Notes: generated by a model not told the origin, from the letters alone. A DNA stretch of 62,656 nucleotides, filler included, from 4 parts of 4 records of this genome joined end to end with filler, not necessarily neighbours in it; one strand, 5' to 3'; numbered from the whole stretch's first letter, positions 21,129 to 30,614 are shown. Program-made: numbers and translations.

Positions 21129-21606
21129 ATTGTTTAACCAAGGCTTGCCGAACTTTGTCTTGCACGGGCTGAAGTTGCTCATCCGTAAGCGTGCTGTCTT
21201 TACCGCGATAGCGAAGTCGAAAGGCTTGGCTGCATTGATCATCAGGAAGTTGACCTCCTTCAAATCGATCGATCAACTCCACACTTTCTAGAAGTGGCTT
21301 GCCAGCTTTACGAATGGCTTGCATTAAGTCTGCAGCTGGCAATGTCTTCGGCACAAGCATCGCAAGATCCCTCTCCATCGCAGGCAGTGTCGAGAACGCT
21401 TTGAAGGAAGGCACCCAGCGATTGCGACGCGTCACCGCTTCCAGGAGACGGGGGAGATCAAGATCAAACAGGTAGGTGGCGTCGGGGAGCTCGTACTGAG
21501 CACACAAAACCGGATGGAGCTGACCAAAGCAACCAAGGGTTCGGCCTTCCACCACCACCGCTGCAGCCCGCCCGGGATGAAGACGGGGGTCATCCGCTAG
21601 GGGCCG
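21106..21606 (-). CDS. pheT: Phenylalanine-tRNA ligase beta subunit, C-terminal part
   Basis: LHPGRAA, FGQLHP, MERDLA, AFRLRYR..TLTD anticodon-binding domain; cut by contig end. Confidence 0.92.
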   Translation of the reverse strand, partial: RPLADDPRLHPGRAAAVVVEGRTLGCFGQLHPVLCAQYELPDATYLFDLDLPRLLEAVTRRNRWVPSFKAFSTLPAMERDLAMLVPKTLPAADLMQAIRKAGKPLLESVELIDRFEGGQLPDDQCSQAFRLRYRGKDSTLTDEQLQPVQDKVRQALVKQFKVELRS

Positions 21607-21706
21607 NNNNNNNNNNNNNNNNNNNNNNNNNNNNNNNNNNNNNNNNNNNNTTAATTAATTAANNNNNNNNNNNNNNNNNNNNNNNNNNNNNNNNNNNNNN
21701 NNNNNN
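21607..21706. other. Artificial contig spacer
   Basis: N-run + TTAATTAATTAA (stops in all frames) + N-run. Confidence 0.98.
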
Positions 21707-21736
21707 AGGTAGAACCGCCGCAAAAATCATCGGTGA
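21707..21736 (+). repeat. 30-bp inverted copy of the opposite contig end (45848-45877)
   Basis: AGGTAGAACCGCCGCAAAAATCATCGGTGA is the exact reverse complement of 45848-45877. Confidence 0.95.
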
Positions 21737-21930
21737 CCAGTGGCTGCATTAGAGCGACGGCGGTGGATTCGCTGTCGCGAGGATACCGCACCATAGTGCC
21801 AGAGGAGTGTGTCGCGGATAAGCACGAGAGTTACCACTTTGCTAACTTAACGGATCTGGCGATTAAGTATGCTGACGTGATGGGAGTGGATGAGGTGCTA
21901 GATTGGCTGTCGCAGCAGGGCCGCTCGTGA
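21733..21930 (+). CDS. Isochorismatase-family amidohydrolase (maleamate/N-carbamoylsarcosine amidase-like), C-terminal part
   Basis: TSGCIRATAVD catalytic Cys motif, VPEECVAD, ANLTDLAIKYADV. Confidence 0.85.
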   Translation: MTSGCIRATAVDSLSRGYRTIVPEECVADKHESYHFANLTDLAIKYADVMGVDEVLDWLSQQGRS

Positions 21931-22853
21931 GTGACGTAGCGCAATTTTCGGAGCTCTCTCTTTACGACTATAGTCCCTACGATGAACGGCCTAAACTCGT
22001 TTGGCCAAACGGTGCGCGGTTAGCGTTTTGGGTGGCGCCTAATATCGAATTCTACGAGTTCGACCCGCCGACGAATCCTCACCGTCAGCCATGGCCTCAC
22101 CCTTATCCGCCTGTGCCAGGTTACAGTATTCGCGATTACGGCAATCGCGTTGGCCACCAGCGGCAGATGGCGTTACTCGACAAATATGGTGTGCGCGGGT
22201 CGATTAGCCTGTCAGCCGCTTTATGCGAGCATCATCCTGAAATTATCGCTTTGTGCGCGGAGCGAAACTGGGAGTTTTTTAGTCATGGGATCTACAACAC
22301 GCGCTATACCTATGGCCTGACAGAGGACCAAGAGCGCGAGATGATTGAAGACGCCATGAACACGATTGAGCGCGCAGTCGGTCAGCGTCCAGCGGGTTAT
22401 TTGGCGCCAGCCTTGTCCCATTCAAATCACACAATTGATCTATTTGCCGAGGCGGGTGGCTTATACACCTGTGATCTATTCCATGACGATCAACCGACAT
22501 GGGTCAATACGCGATCGGATAAACCATTTGTATCCATTCCCTATTCTTTAGAACTCAATGACACCATTGCCTACGTAGTACAAAAGCGGGAGCCGCGCCG
22601 TTACGGTGAGAGCATTCGTCTGGCATTTGATCAGTTGTATGCTGAGGGCGCTGATAGTGGCACGGTGATGTGTATTCCCACCCACAATTATCAGGTGAGC
22701 TGTCCGCACCGTTTGCGCGCCTTTGAAGAAGCACTCGAATACATCACCGGCCATAGTGATGTCTGGGTCACCACTGGTAGAGAGATCGCGGAGTACGTTA
22801 TCGCTCAAGGTCGACAACAATTGGAGGGCAGGCCGGTGGAGCCATCAGCATGA
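21927..22853 (+). CDS. CE4/polysaccharide deacetylase family, PuuE-like hydrolase 1
   Basis: WPNGARLAFWVAPNIE, RDYGNRVG, WEFFSHG, DDQP, IPYSLELND; GTGA coupling. Confidence 0.87.
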   Translation: MSDVAQFSELSLYDYSPYDERPKLVWPNGARLAFWVAPNIEFYEFDPPTNPHRQPWPHPYPPVPGYSIRDYGNRVGHQRQMALLDKYGVRGSISLSAALCEHHPEIIALCAERNWEFFSHGIYNTRYTYGLTEDQEREMIEDAMNTIERAVGQRPAGYLAPALSHSNHTIDLFAEAGGLYTCDLFHDDQPTWVNTRSDKPFVSIPYSLELNDTIAYVVQKREPRRYGESIRLAFDQLYAEGADSGTVMCIPTHNYQVSCPHRLRAFEEALEYITGHSDVWVTTGREIAEYVIAQGRQQLEGRPVEPSA

Positions 22854-23776
22854 GCGACGAGTTACTGTCTTATCCACAGCGTCACTATGGCATGGATCAT
22901 GATCGCTATCGGTGGTCTATGCTACAGGACCGGGACCCCATCGTATGGCCCGACAATAAGCCGTTGGCACTGTGGATTAACTTATCCGTACAGCACTTTC
23001 CGCTGTCGGGAGAAAAGCCCGTGGTCGCGCCACCAGGGGCGCTGACCATGCCCTACCCCGACTTACGACATTACACCCTTCGCGATTATGGTAATCGAGT
23101 CGGTATTTTTCGATTATTGACATTAATGCAGCAGTATCAGGCGACACCCTCTGTGGCGATTTCAGGGGCTTTAGCACAACGTTACCCGAGGCTGATGGAG
23201 CGGTTGGCAGAGACCGGTTACGAATGGTTGGGTCATGGCTGGAACATGCTGTGTATGCATGCCGGTGAAATCGATGTAGCGACAGAGTCCGAATGGATTG
23301 CGCGAACGCGTGAGGCACTTGAGGAATTTACCGATCAGCCCGTGACCGGTTGGTTGAGCCCCGGGCGCAGTCAAACCGCAAACACGCCTGAGCTCCTAAT
23401 GCGCAACGGCTTCAGCTATCAATGTGACTGGGTCAACGATGAGCTTCCTTACCCGTTTAAAACGGCGGAAGGTGAGATGACGTGCCTGCCGTCGTGTCTG
23501 GAGCTCGATGATGTTTTTGTTTTGACGCAAAATCTGCACAGCGAGGATAGCTTTGTACAGCAGGTGACTGATGCAGCAGATTTACTGATCGAGGAAGGGC
23601 AGAAGCAAGGCGGGCGACTGCTGGCATTGAATCTGCACCCCTGGCTAGTGGGTCAACCTCACCGTGTGTCCGCGGTAGAGAAGATTCTCGACGCGCTGTT
23701 GGTGGCAAGGGGTGACGCCATTTGGCACGCGCCACCCGCCACCATTGTTGGCGCTGCAATCGACCAGATTGGTTAG
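22850..23776 (+). CDS. CE4/polysaccharide deacetylase family, PuuE-like hydrolase 2
   Basis: WPDNKPLALW, RDYGNRVGIFR, GWLSPG, CDWVNDELP, LHPWLVGQPHR; ATGA coupling. Confidence 0.87.
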   Translation: MSDELLSYPQRHYGMDHDRYRWSMLQDRDPIVWPDNKPLALWINLSVQHFPLSGEKPVVAPPGALTMPYPDLRHYTLRDYGNRVGIFRLLTLMQQYQATPSVAISGALAQRYPRLMERLAETGYEWLGHGWNMLCMHAGEIDVATESEWIARTREALEEFTDQPVTGWLSPGRSQTANTPELLMRNGFSYQCDWVNDELPYPFKTAEGEMTCLPSCLELDDVFVLTQNLHSEDSFVQQVTDAADLLIEEGQKQGGRLLALNLHPWLVGQPHRVSAVEKILDALLVARGDAIWHAPPATIVGAAIDQIG

Positions 23777-23789
23777 CCAGGTGTCCGCC

Positions 23790-24470
23790 TTAGATGGCTT
23801 TGGTCGCGCCAAAGAAGGCAACCGACGCGATCGTCACCCAGTAACAGTAGGCCAGTCGCTTGCCTACGACTAAGCTCTTCTCCAGTTGATCCTCTGCGGC
23901 CTGATTGGGACCGTCAGCCAGCACTCTAAACAGCGTTGTCCACTCGCGCATAATAAAGCGCAGTTTGAGACCGATCATGAGCGTGACGCTGTAGAGCAGA
24001 ATCTTGATGGAGAACCAGTATTGCATTGGCCCCACGTTGAAGGGACCGTAGCCCATCAGTGAGCTGATGGACGCAATGACCATGATGGGAATCAAGACAA
24101 AACGGACGCGCTCATCCCACAGCGTCAGTTGAATACCGCGATCGGTTTCGCGATAAAAATAGGCCGAAACACACAGTGTCAGCCAGCCAATCGCCAAGAG
24201 CCATACCGCCACAAGAAAGCCGCCACCAAAGGGCTGAACCCCCCATAGATGACCCATATGAAGTCCGAGAGGCAGCAGGCTAATAATGCCAATGCGCGCG
24301 AGAATGTCGATGTTATAGGCTGTCTGCATGTGCCGACGGCGTTCCTCCATAGACAGTTTGCGATTGATCACGTGGGTTGAAGTATTGAATACGCCCCATT
24401 CGCCACCGAGCCAGTACACCATGGCAAGGATGTGTAGCCAGCGTAGTACCGCTAATTCAGTTACTCCCAT
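23790..24470 (-). CDS. Multi-pass membrane protein of unknown function
   Basis: About six hydrophobic segments; LRWLHILAMVYWLGG N-terminus; GGAG RBS-like sequence upstream. Confidence 0.75.
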   Translation of the reverse strand: MGVTELAVLRWLHILAMVYWLGGEWGVFNTSTHVINRKLSMEERRRHMQTAYNIDILARIGIISLLPLGLHMGHLWGVQPFGGGFLVAVWLLAIGWLTLCVSAYFYRETDRGIQLTLWDERVRFVLIPIMVIASISSLMGYGPFNVGPMQYWFSIKILLYSVTLMIGLKLRFIMREWTTLFRVLADGPNQAAEDQLEKSLVVGKRLAYCYWVTIASVAFFGATKAI

Positions 24471-24490
24471 TACCCCGTCTCCCGTGCTTA

Positions 24491-24510
24491 AAGATATAAC
24501 ATTATAACTT
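24491..24510 (-). promoter_or_regulatory. Putative GntR operator, copy 1
   Basis: Minus strand AAGTTATAATGTTATATCTT; matches copies near 24604 and 33885. Confidence 0.6.
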
Positions 24511-24603
24511 AATCAGTCTCGGAGTGGTTTGGCCTATTAAACGATGGCAACCGCGCCGAAACGGTGTGGTGTGATGCGGATTGAATAGGCATTACACCTA
24601 ATT

Positions 24604-24615
24604 TGTTATATCATT
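24604..24615 (+). promoter_or_regulatory. Putative GntR operator, copy 2
   Basis: TGTTATATCATT about 40 nt upstream of the gntR start. Confidence 0.55.
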
Positions 24616-24656
24616 ATGCCTAATTAAGTTATCTTGGCGCAATGAGAGTCTAGGGA

Positions 24657-25427
24657 ATGGAAGAAGTATTTAGCCCGCACGTTGTCGGGCAGCTATCAAA
24701 GGAGTCGCCTACGCCGCTGTACCACCAGCTCTTCTCGTTACTGAAGACGCGCATTTTGGACGGTACGCTTGGCTATGGTACGCGACTCCCCCCTGAGGAG
24801 CGGTTGGCAGATATTTTCAATGTGTCGCGGATTACCGCTAAGCGTGCGATGGACGATTTATCCAAGGATGCGCTTGTTGAGCGCCGCCGGGGCCGCGGTA
24901 CCCATGTCATTTATCGATACAGCCCGCGACCCGTTCATGCGCCTTTGACCGGTATGTTGCAAGAAATTGAAAGCATGGCGCGCAACTCAGTCGCGCAGAT
25001 TCTTGACTTCGGGATCCGTATTCCCCCGCAAAAGATTCGCGAAGATCTGAGTCTTGAAGAGGGTGAAACGGCTTTGCACTTACTTCGAGTCCGTGAGCGG
25101 GATGGCATGAAATTTGGCCACTACACCAGTTGGACGGCGGGTGTAAAAATGCCTGCTGATCCCGCCATTTTTGAAAATACGCCGCGTTTGAGTTACTTCC
25201 GTCAGCAAGGTCTAGAGGTGAGCCACGTCACGCAAATGCTGTCTGCCGTTGCAGCTGATGCCTCAGTAGCTTCTGCGCTGGATGTGGTTGAAGGGAGTCC
25301 CTTGTTGAGCTTGACCCGTCGGTCTTATCAAAAGACCGGTGCTGAAGCGGAACACATCATGGATTTTTTGGAGGTGCTCTACAATCCTGAGCACTTCCAA
25401 TATTCGATGGATCTCACGCTTGACTGA
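24657..25427 (+). CDS. GntR-family regulator, HutC/UTRA subfamily
   Basis: PLYHQL..LPPEERLADIFNVSRITAKRAM..RRRGRGT wHTH plus UTRA-type C-terminus. Confidence 0.92.
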   Translation: MEEVFSPHVVGQLSKESPTPLYHQLFSLLKTRILDGTLGYGTRLPPEERLADIFNVSRITAKRAMDDLSKDALVERRRGRGTHVIYRYSPRPVHAPLTGMLQEIESMARNSVAQILDFGIRIPPQKIREDLSLEEGETALHLLRVRERDGMKFGHYTSWTAGVKMPADPAIFENTPRLSYFRQQGLEVSHVTQMLSAVAADASVASALDVVEGSPLLSLTRRSYQKTGAEAEHIMDFLEVLYNPEHFQYSMDLTLD

Positions 25428-25431
25428 GGTG

Positions 25432-26481
25432 TTAGATCACCCCTCTTTTCTTTAATCGCTCAATCACCGCGGTTTGTTGATTCATAAAATGCGATCGTTC
25501 TGGTTTGACAATATCGCCTGATGCAGCAATTAAATTATCCTCTGGATAAAAGTCACGCTGCTGGTAAGTGGACTGAAACAGTGACAACCGTTGTCGTGCT
25601 AGCAAATTCGTCATAGCGGGTTTGGCCCTTGCTTCACGAAGCCGCGCTACGTCAATCATGGCATGCGCCACCATTGACTCTCCAGTATAGGCTTCTGTGA
25701 GCACCTGCCCCTTAAAATCCACCACTTGTGAATGCCCTTGGGTGGAGTTTTGCGGGACGGGGGAATGATGAATGGCAGAAGTATTACTGGAAATAACGTA
25801 ACACATGTTTTCGTAGGCCCGCGCACATTTGGCGATATTTTTAGGCGTCGGCCTCGGGCTACCCACCTCGCTGGAGGAGTGTAGGATCACTTCTGCGCCC
25901 CGTGTTGCCAATGCCCGCGTGACTTCGGGGTAGAGTATTTCTTCTGATGCCACACAGGCCAGCCGACCCAAGGGCGTTTCAACAACGGGGAAGAGCGCGT
26001 CGGCGCCATAAACGTCGATGTACTGCGAGAGAACATCGTGGGGAGTGGGTGCAAACATCGATATGAGACGGCGATAGCGAAGAATGACCTCACCCGCGTC
26101 GTCAATGATAAAACTGGTTTGGAAGTAAAGGTCAGGAAAGTGAGGGTCAAGTTCATACGCGTTGCCCGACAGATAGACCCCACGCTTTTTGGCAATCTCG
26201 CCCATGCGTTGGTATTCAGCGCCATCTATTTCGATACAAGCCTTAGTGCGCCAATCAGCGATACTCTCACCCATCGGAAAGCTGGTCAGGAAGTACTCGG
26301 GAAGCACCACTAGCTTCAGCGTATCGCCACTGAAGGTGCCAATAAACGCTTTGCTGCCCGCGATCAGTTCGTCTACGTGGTCCAACGTTGTTGACATGGC
26401 ATTGTCGACGGACGCCCGATCGGGGAGTGCGTTAATCGCCGTACAATCCATCTGTAATGCCAGGGCAGAATAGGGTGTCAC
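25432..26481 (-). CDS. Nitrilase-superfamily carbon-nitrogen hydrolase with atypical catalytic residues
   Basis: LVVLPEYF, LRYRRL, VETPLGRLACVASEEILYPE, ARAYEN, GHSQVVDFKG. Confidence 0.85.
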   Translation of the reverse strand: MTPYSALALQMDCTAINALPDRASVDNAMSTTLDHVDELIAGSKAFIGTFSGDTLKLVVLPEYFLTSFPMGESIADWRTKACIEIDGAEYQRMGEIAKKRGVYLSGNAYELDPHFPDLYFQTSFIIDDAGEVILRYRRLISMFAPTPHDVLSQYIDVYGADALFPVVETPLGRLACVASEEILYPEVTRALATRGAEVILHSSSEVGSPRPTPKNIAKCARAYENMCYVISSNTSAIHHSPVPQNSTQGHSQVVDFKGQVLTEAYTGESMVAHAMIDVARLREARAKPAMTNLLARQRLSLFQSTYQQRDFYPEDNLIAASGDIVKPERSHFMNQQTAVIERLKKRGVI

Positions 26482-26487
26482 GCTACA

Positions 26488-26793
26488 TTACTCCAAAGGT
26501 GTTTGTTGCAATCCCTCGACCAACATGACGCGAAATTCGCCCGTGCCTTCTCGGAGTGGTTTGGCGGCAGCATAGGCATCGCTATGCCAAAACGCGCTAG
26601 CCTGCTCGGCAGAGGGCCAGCGATGCATGACCAGACGCGTCGCGCCCCAGTCCCCTTCAAGGGCCTCCTGTTGTCCACCCAGGACTAAATACTCGCCGCC
26701 CTGTTCAGCCACAATGCCGGGTACTAAACGTGCGTAGGCAGCAAATTTTTCGGGGTCATGGATTACGGCTTCAACAATGATGTAGGCGGTCAT
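26488..26793 (-). CDS. DUF1330 family protein
   Basis: AYIIV..DPEKFAAY..GGEYLVLGG..LEG..FWHSDAYAAAKPLREG. Confidence 0.87.
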   Translation of the reverse strand: MTAYIIVEAVIHDPEKFAAYARLVPGIVAEQGGEYLVLGGQQEALEGDWGATRLVMHRWPSAEQASAFWHSDAYAAAKPLREGTGEFRVMLVEGLQQTPLE

Positions 26794-26820
26794 CGCGTCA
26801 CACCTCGATCGTTATGATGG

Positions 26821-26868
26821 TGCGACACAATATAGCACGCCCTCTAGGGCGTGCTATATTGTGTCGCA
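26821..26868. repeat. Perfect 23-bp inverted repeat with 2-nt loop
   Basis: TGCGACACAATATAGCACGCCCT-CT-AGGGCGTGCTATATTGTGTCGCA. Confidence 0.95.
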
Positions 26869-26912
26869 GCTGCGCTCATTCGACGAGGTGCTCGAGCAGG
26901 GTGATGCGATTG

Positions 26913-28478
26913 TCAGGACAAACCCAGCACGCCAGGGTTCATGATGCCCTCTGGATCCAGCGAAGACTTGATCCCTAGGATTAAATCGCGTGCAGCGGGC
27001 TTCAGCGCGTCTTGATAATGGTAGGCCTTGCCCAGCTGTAAGTGACTGGCACCTTCACGGGACAGCACATCGATCACTTCACTTTTTATTTTTTGAACCG
27101 CTTCCCACGCATTGGGGACCGCATCAAACTGATGGAGTCGTGCCAAATGATCTGATTCAAGGGAATGCTTATGCAGTGCATTCAGTGCATCGGGCCAAAA
27201 AAAGACCGGCTCTAAAACCGTAATTTGTTCGCTCACTACCGCAATAAGGTAACCCGTCTCGATAGTAAACTGAGCTAATAGTGCTTGGTGGTCAGCATAG
27301 ACCGACTCAATGGCGGCCAATACTGCTTCGCCGCGAGAGTGCGGGACCAGTCCGTGCACGGGCAACCATCGCTCACCCTCCGCTCCGACCATATTATTGA
27401 CTGGCCCAAAAGGATTGGCGGCAAGGATGCGCGGAATGCTATCGGGAAGCTCAGTTCCCCCTTCTGCAGAACAAATGGCGCGAATACGTTCGGCCTGAAA
27501 GGCGGTTTCTTCGTCGGTGCGGCCTTCACTGATAGTAAACATAGCCCACTCAACGTCATCCATAAAACGCCGACCCGATAATGCAATCTTCGCGCTTTGT
27601 TTGAGCTTGCCAACCAGACTGGACTCCGCTTTGACGACGCCAGAGAGCTGTTGCGCGTCGGCGGTGAGACTCGCTCGCTTCATACGCTGCTTTTGTAGGT
27701 AGGGGTCGAAGCCAAAGCACTCAGTGGTCAAAGACTCCCGCGAAATCTGTGCCATCGCGCGTAACATGGGTCCGGATGTCCCAAAAGCAAAGCTGGTGTA
27801 GCTTTTTGAACCTGCCAGCGGAACGAGGGGGAGTGTGGCTCTCACCTTGATACCCAGTGCGCCACAATCACTGGCGAATAGCCCCGTAAGATCAGGACCG
27901 AAATGCCGGGTAAAGGGCGCGGCGTGACGTTGGCTTGCTGAGCCAGTTTCGATTAATTCCCCCTTCCCGGTGACAACGCTGAGGGACAGCACATTGTCAG
28001 CGGCTGTGCCGTGTTGCCCGCTTCCCCAAAAAATACTGTTCTGGGACAGTCCACCGCCTACCGTCGCGAAACGCCCTGAAAGCGTTCCCCAGTAGGGCGT
28101 GCGGACACCCAAGGGGGCCAGTTGCTCATAAAGCGCTTGCCAGCTGCAGCCAGTTTCGACAGTGACGTAACGATCCTCCAAATTGATCTCGATAATGGCG
28201 TTCAGGTTGGTGATGTCCACCAATAGACTGTCTGGAGCGGTGGCGAGATAACCACTGGTATAGCTCATTCCACCACCTCGCGTCACGATGGGCGTGCCTC
28301 GTTCTCGGCACGCACGCACCAGCGCTTGCACTTCTTCAATGCTGCGCGGCGTGACAACGGCGCAGACCGGTGGGCCTAACGAAAAGACATCTTGCGAGTA
28401 GAGGGCGATTTGTTCTGGATCCGTCTGAATGATTTCCGCGGGCAGTAATTGTTCGATACTCGATACCACTGCGTTCAT
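26913..28478 (-). CDS. FAD-binding oxidoreductase (VAO/GlcD family)
   Basis: TRGGGMSYTSG, ATVGGG, GPDLTGLF..CGALGI, LDPEGIMNPG; GGAG RBS before ATG 28478. Confidence 0.87.
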   Translation of the reverse strand: MNAVVSSIEQLLPAEIIQTDPEQIALYSQDVFSLGPPVCAVVTPRSIEEVQALVRACRERGTPIVTRGGGMSYTSGYLATAPDSLLVDITNLNAIIEINLEDRYVTVETGCSWQALYEQLAPLGVRTPYWGTLSGRFATVGGGLSQNSIFWGSGQHGTAADNVLSLSVVTGKGELIETGSASQRHAAPFTRHFGPDLTGLFASDCGALGIKVRATLPLVPLAGSKSYTSFAFGTSGPMLRAMAQISRESLTTECFGFDPYLQKQRMKRASLTADAQQLSGVVKAESSLVGKLKQSAKIALSGRRFMDDVEWAMFTISEGRTDEETAFQAERIRAICSAEGGTELPDSIPRILAANPFGPVNNMVGAEGERWLPVHGLVPHSRGEAVLAAIESVYADHQALLAQFTIETGYLIAVVSEQITVLEPVFFWPDALNALHKHSLESDHLARLHQFDAVPNAWEAVQKIKSEVIDVLSREGASHLQLGKAYHYQDALKPAARDLILGIKSSLDPEGIMNPGVLGLS

Positions 28479-28691
28479 GTTGTGTCTCCGAATCAAATCC
28501 TTTTTGCTCAACCAAAAGAGTAGCAGACGTGGTAGTCATTAGCGCGCCTTACGGCATTGCCGCTTAATAGATAGCATATTCTCGGACTTAGGGCACTAGG
28601 GAGCGGCGGTGCCGGTACGGCGTTAAAGAGATATCAACTCCCTATCAGGATCACGGTATGATGCGGCTAGGCTGAGCTCGAAGGTATCCGT

Positions 28692-29630
28692 ATGCGACCG
28701 CAGGGATTTTCGCACGTGGTGATCACCACCGCCCAGACGCCAGTGTTGGGTGCGTTTTTTGCGGCACTGGGTTGGCGCTCGCTGACGGTCGATGAAATGC
28801 CAGAAGCGGCGGCATTTTGGGGTGTTGAGCAAGGTGAGACGCCGGCTATGCGCTGGATACCGCCCTCGAACGCGTGTGAGGTCTTGCTGTTGCCGACACC
28901 CCAGAAGGTGCCCGTATTGCGCCCTAAAGAGTGCGCCGTCACAACCCCCGGAGGACTCTTTGACATCAATATGCGGACAGTCGATAGCGATTGGTCCCAC
29001 GACTTTTTGCAATCCCATGGATGGCAGCCTCTAGTTGACCCCGTGGCGTGGCGATTCGGAGATATTGAGACCAAAGAGGGGCTCTATATTCAAGACGATG
29101 GCATTGTGTTGGCGGTTATGGAGCGGCTGCAACCGCCGTTACCAACCGTCACCTTCGATCGGATGAGTGATGTCTTTAATGCGACGCAGATGGTGAGCAA
29201 TGTCGATCAGACGATTGCCTTTTTTAATTATCTGGGTTTTGAGCGGTTTATTCATCATCAAGGCCCGCTCCCCGGTGCGGGGCCAAAGGTGTTGCAATTG
29301 GAGCATCATCCCGAGAACACCGGTGACGTTCATCTCGCCATTTTGCATCCAGAGGGTCGTATGGAGGGTTCTCTTGAGCTTGTCGAAGTTCTTCACCATC
29401 CGCTTCCGCAGCTTAATGTGCCACCTGGTGGTGGGCGAGGCTTACGATCGCTCTGTCTCCCTATTGATGATGTGGAGTCCTGTTATCAGGGGTTGGTGGA
29501 GAGTGAGTGGTCTAGCCGAATCATTCATCCGCTCGCCCAGCGTGCACTGCCCGGTGTGCTGAGCACATTCAGCTTTGCCATTGCCGCGCCAGATGGCGGC
29601 AGGCTCGACGTTTACCAGCACACCGCATGA
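28692..29630 (+). CDS. VOC/glyoxalase-fold protein
   Basis: Two repeated VOC-like modules (FFAALGW; VSNVDQTIAFF..LGF; APDGGRLDV). Confidence 0.7.
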   Translation: MRPQGFSHVVITTAQTPVLGAFFAALGWRSLTVDEMPEAAAFWGVEQGETPAMRWIPPSNACEVLLLPTPQKVPVLRPKECAVTTPGGLFDINMRTVDSDWSHDFLQSHGWQPLVDPVAWRFGDIETKEGLYIQDDGIVLAVMERLQPPLPTVTFDRMSDVFNATQMVSNVDQTIAFFNYLGFERFIHHQGPLPGAGPKVLQLEHHPENTGDVHLAILHPEGRMEGSLELVEVLHHPLPQLNVPPGGGRGLRSLCLPIDDVESCYQGLVESEWSSRIIHPLAQRALPGVLSTFSFAIAAPDGGRLDVYQHTA

Positions 29631-29640
29631 GGTCGCTACG

Positions 29641-30540
29641 ATGTTGAAGTCCATTTTGATGGTTTGGGTGCTTGTCCAAAATGTGCCTGCTACACAAGAA
29701 GCGTATGAAGATTATTTGGGCTACCAGACGGCTGATCGTGGGGTGGTCTCCGCTGAGCTTGCGGCGGCGATTAAACGACCAAGATTGGCAAACCGGTCTT
29801 ATGTCACCTTGGTACCTAAGTCGGGCCCACAGGTTGGGATTCGTATCATCGAAGGAGCCGATCAAGGATATCAACCCATGCGCCGCTTGGGGTGGAGCGC
29901 CATTGAGCTATTGGTGAAGGACCCGGAGCAGCTCAGAAGTAATTTGTCTGGGTCTGCATTTACGCATTTGCTGGGCCCTGATTTTCTCACCGAGCAGAAA
30001 AACATTCTCGCCATGCAGGTTTATGGTCCCAGCCAGGAGCTTTTCTATCTTACCCATATGGTAGACCCCGCTTTATCCTTTTTAGTGCCTCAACCGAGCC
30101 CTGAACCCGTCGGCCACAGTTTTATCATGGTCATGGGCAGTCACGATATTGAAGCGAGTATCGCCTTTTTTAGGCAACACTTTGATAATCCGGTGGTGGG
30201 TCCTATCCCCTATCGTATCGGCGTGTTGTCCGACGCTTACGGAATATCGACTACAACTCAACACCCGTTGGCGCTCATATCGATGTCTGATGGTTACGGT
30301 ATCGAAATTGATCAATATCCCAAAGCGGCAACGCCGGTGCCAGCGGCGCTGGGTGCCCGAGGGGGTGTGATCTTGGTGAGTTTGAGCGTGGATCCAGCAG
30401 GAATGAAACAAGCGTTGCCTTGGACCCTCGCTTATCCAAGTGCAGATGATGCCTCACGCGGGGGTATTGTGACGCTGCCGTCCGGAACACCGTTAGAGCT
30501 TTTATGGAGTCAGCCCGTATTGCCTCAGTCGGGTAACTAG
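29641..30540 (+). CDS. VOC/glyoxalase-fold protein
   Basis: YEDYLGY, GWSAIELLVKD, AMQVYGPSQELFYLT, FIMVMGSHDIEASIAFF. Confidence 0.65.
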   Translation: MLKSILMVWVLVQNVPATQEAYEDYLGYQTADRGVVSAELAAAIKRPRLANRSYVTLVPKSGPQVGIRIIEGADQGYQPMRRLGWSAIELLVKDPEQLRSNLSGSAFTHLLGPDFLTEQKNILAMQVYGPSQELFYLTHMVDPALSFLVPQPSPEPVGHSFIMVMGSHDIEASIAFFRQHFDNPVVGPIPYRIGVLSDAYGISTTTQHPLALISMSDGYGIEIDQYPKAATPVPAALGARGGVILVSLSVDPAGMKQALPWTLAYPSADDASRGGIVTLPSGTPLELLWSQPVLPQSGN

Positions 30541-30614
30541 GTCTATGTTGTCTGAATCCGCGTGCTGGTCGATAAAAATCAGCACGCCTTTTTACGGAGA
30601 GTGATCGGTTTATC

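Noticed and set aside
21607-21706. TTAATTAATTAA palindrome within N-runs (also at 45878 and 56843)
   Set aside because: Artificial all-frame-stop linker; composition and taxon shifts across it are not horizontal transfer
28625-28640. GAGATATCAAC as a further GntR operator
   Set aside because: Match to the consensus is too weak to call
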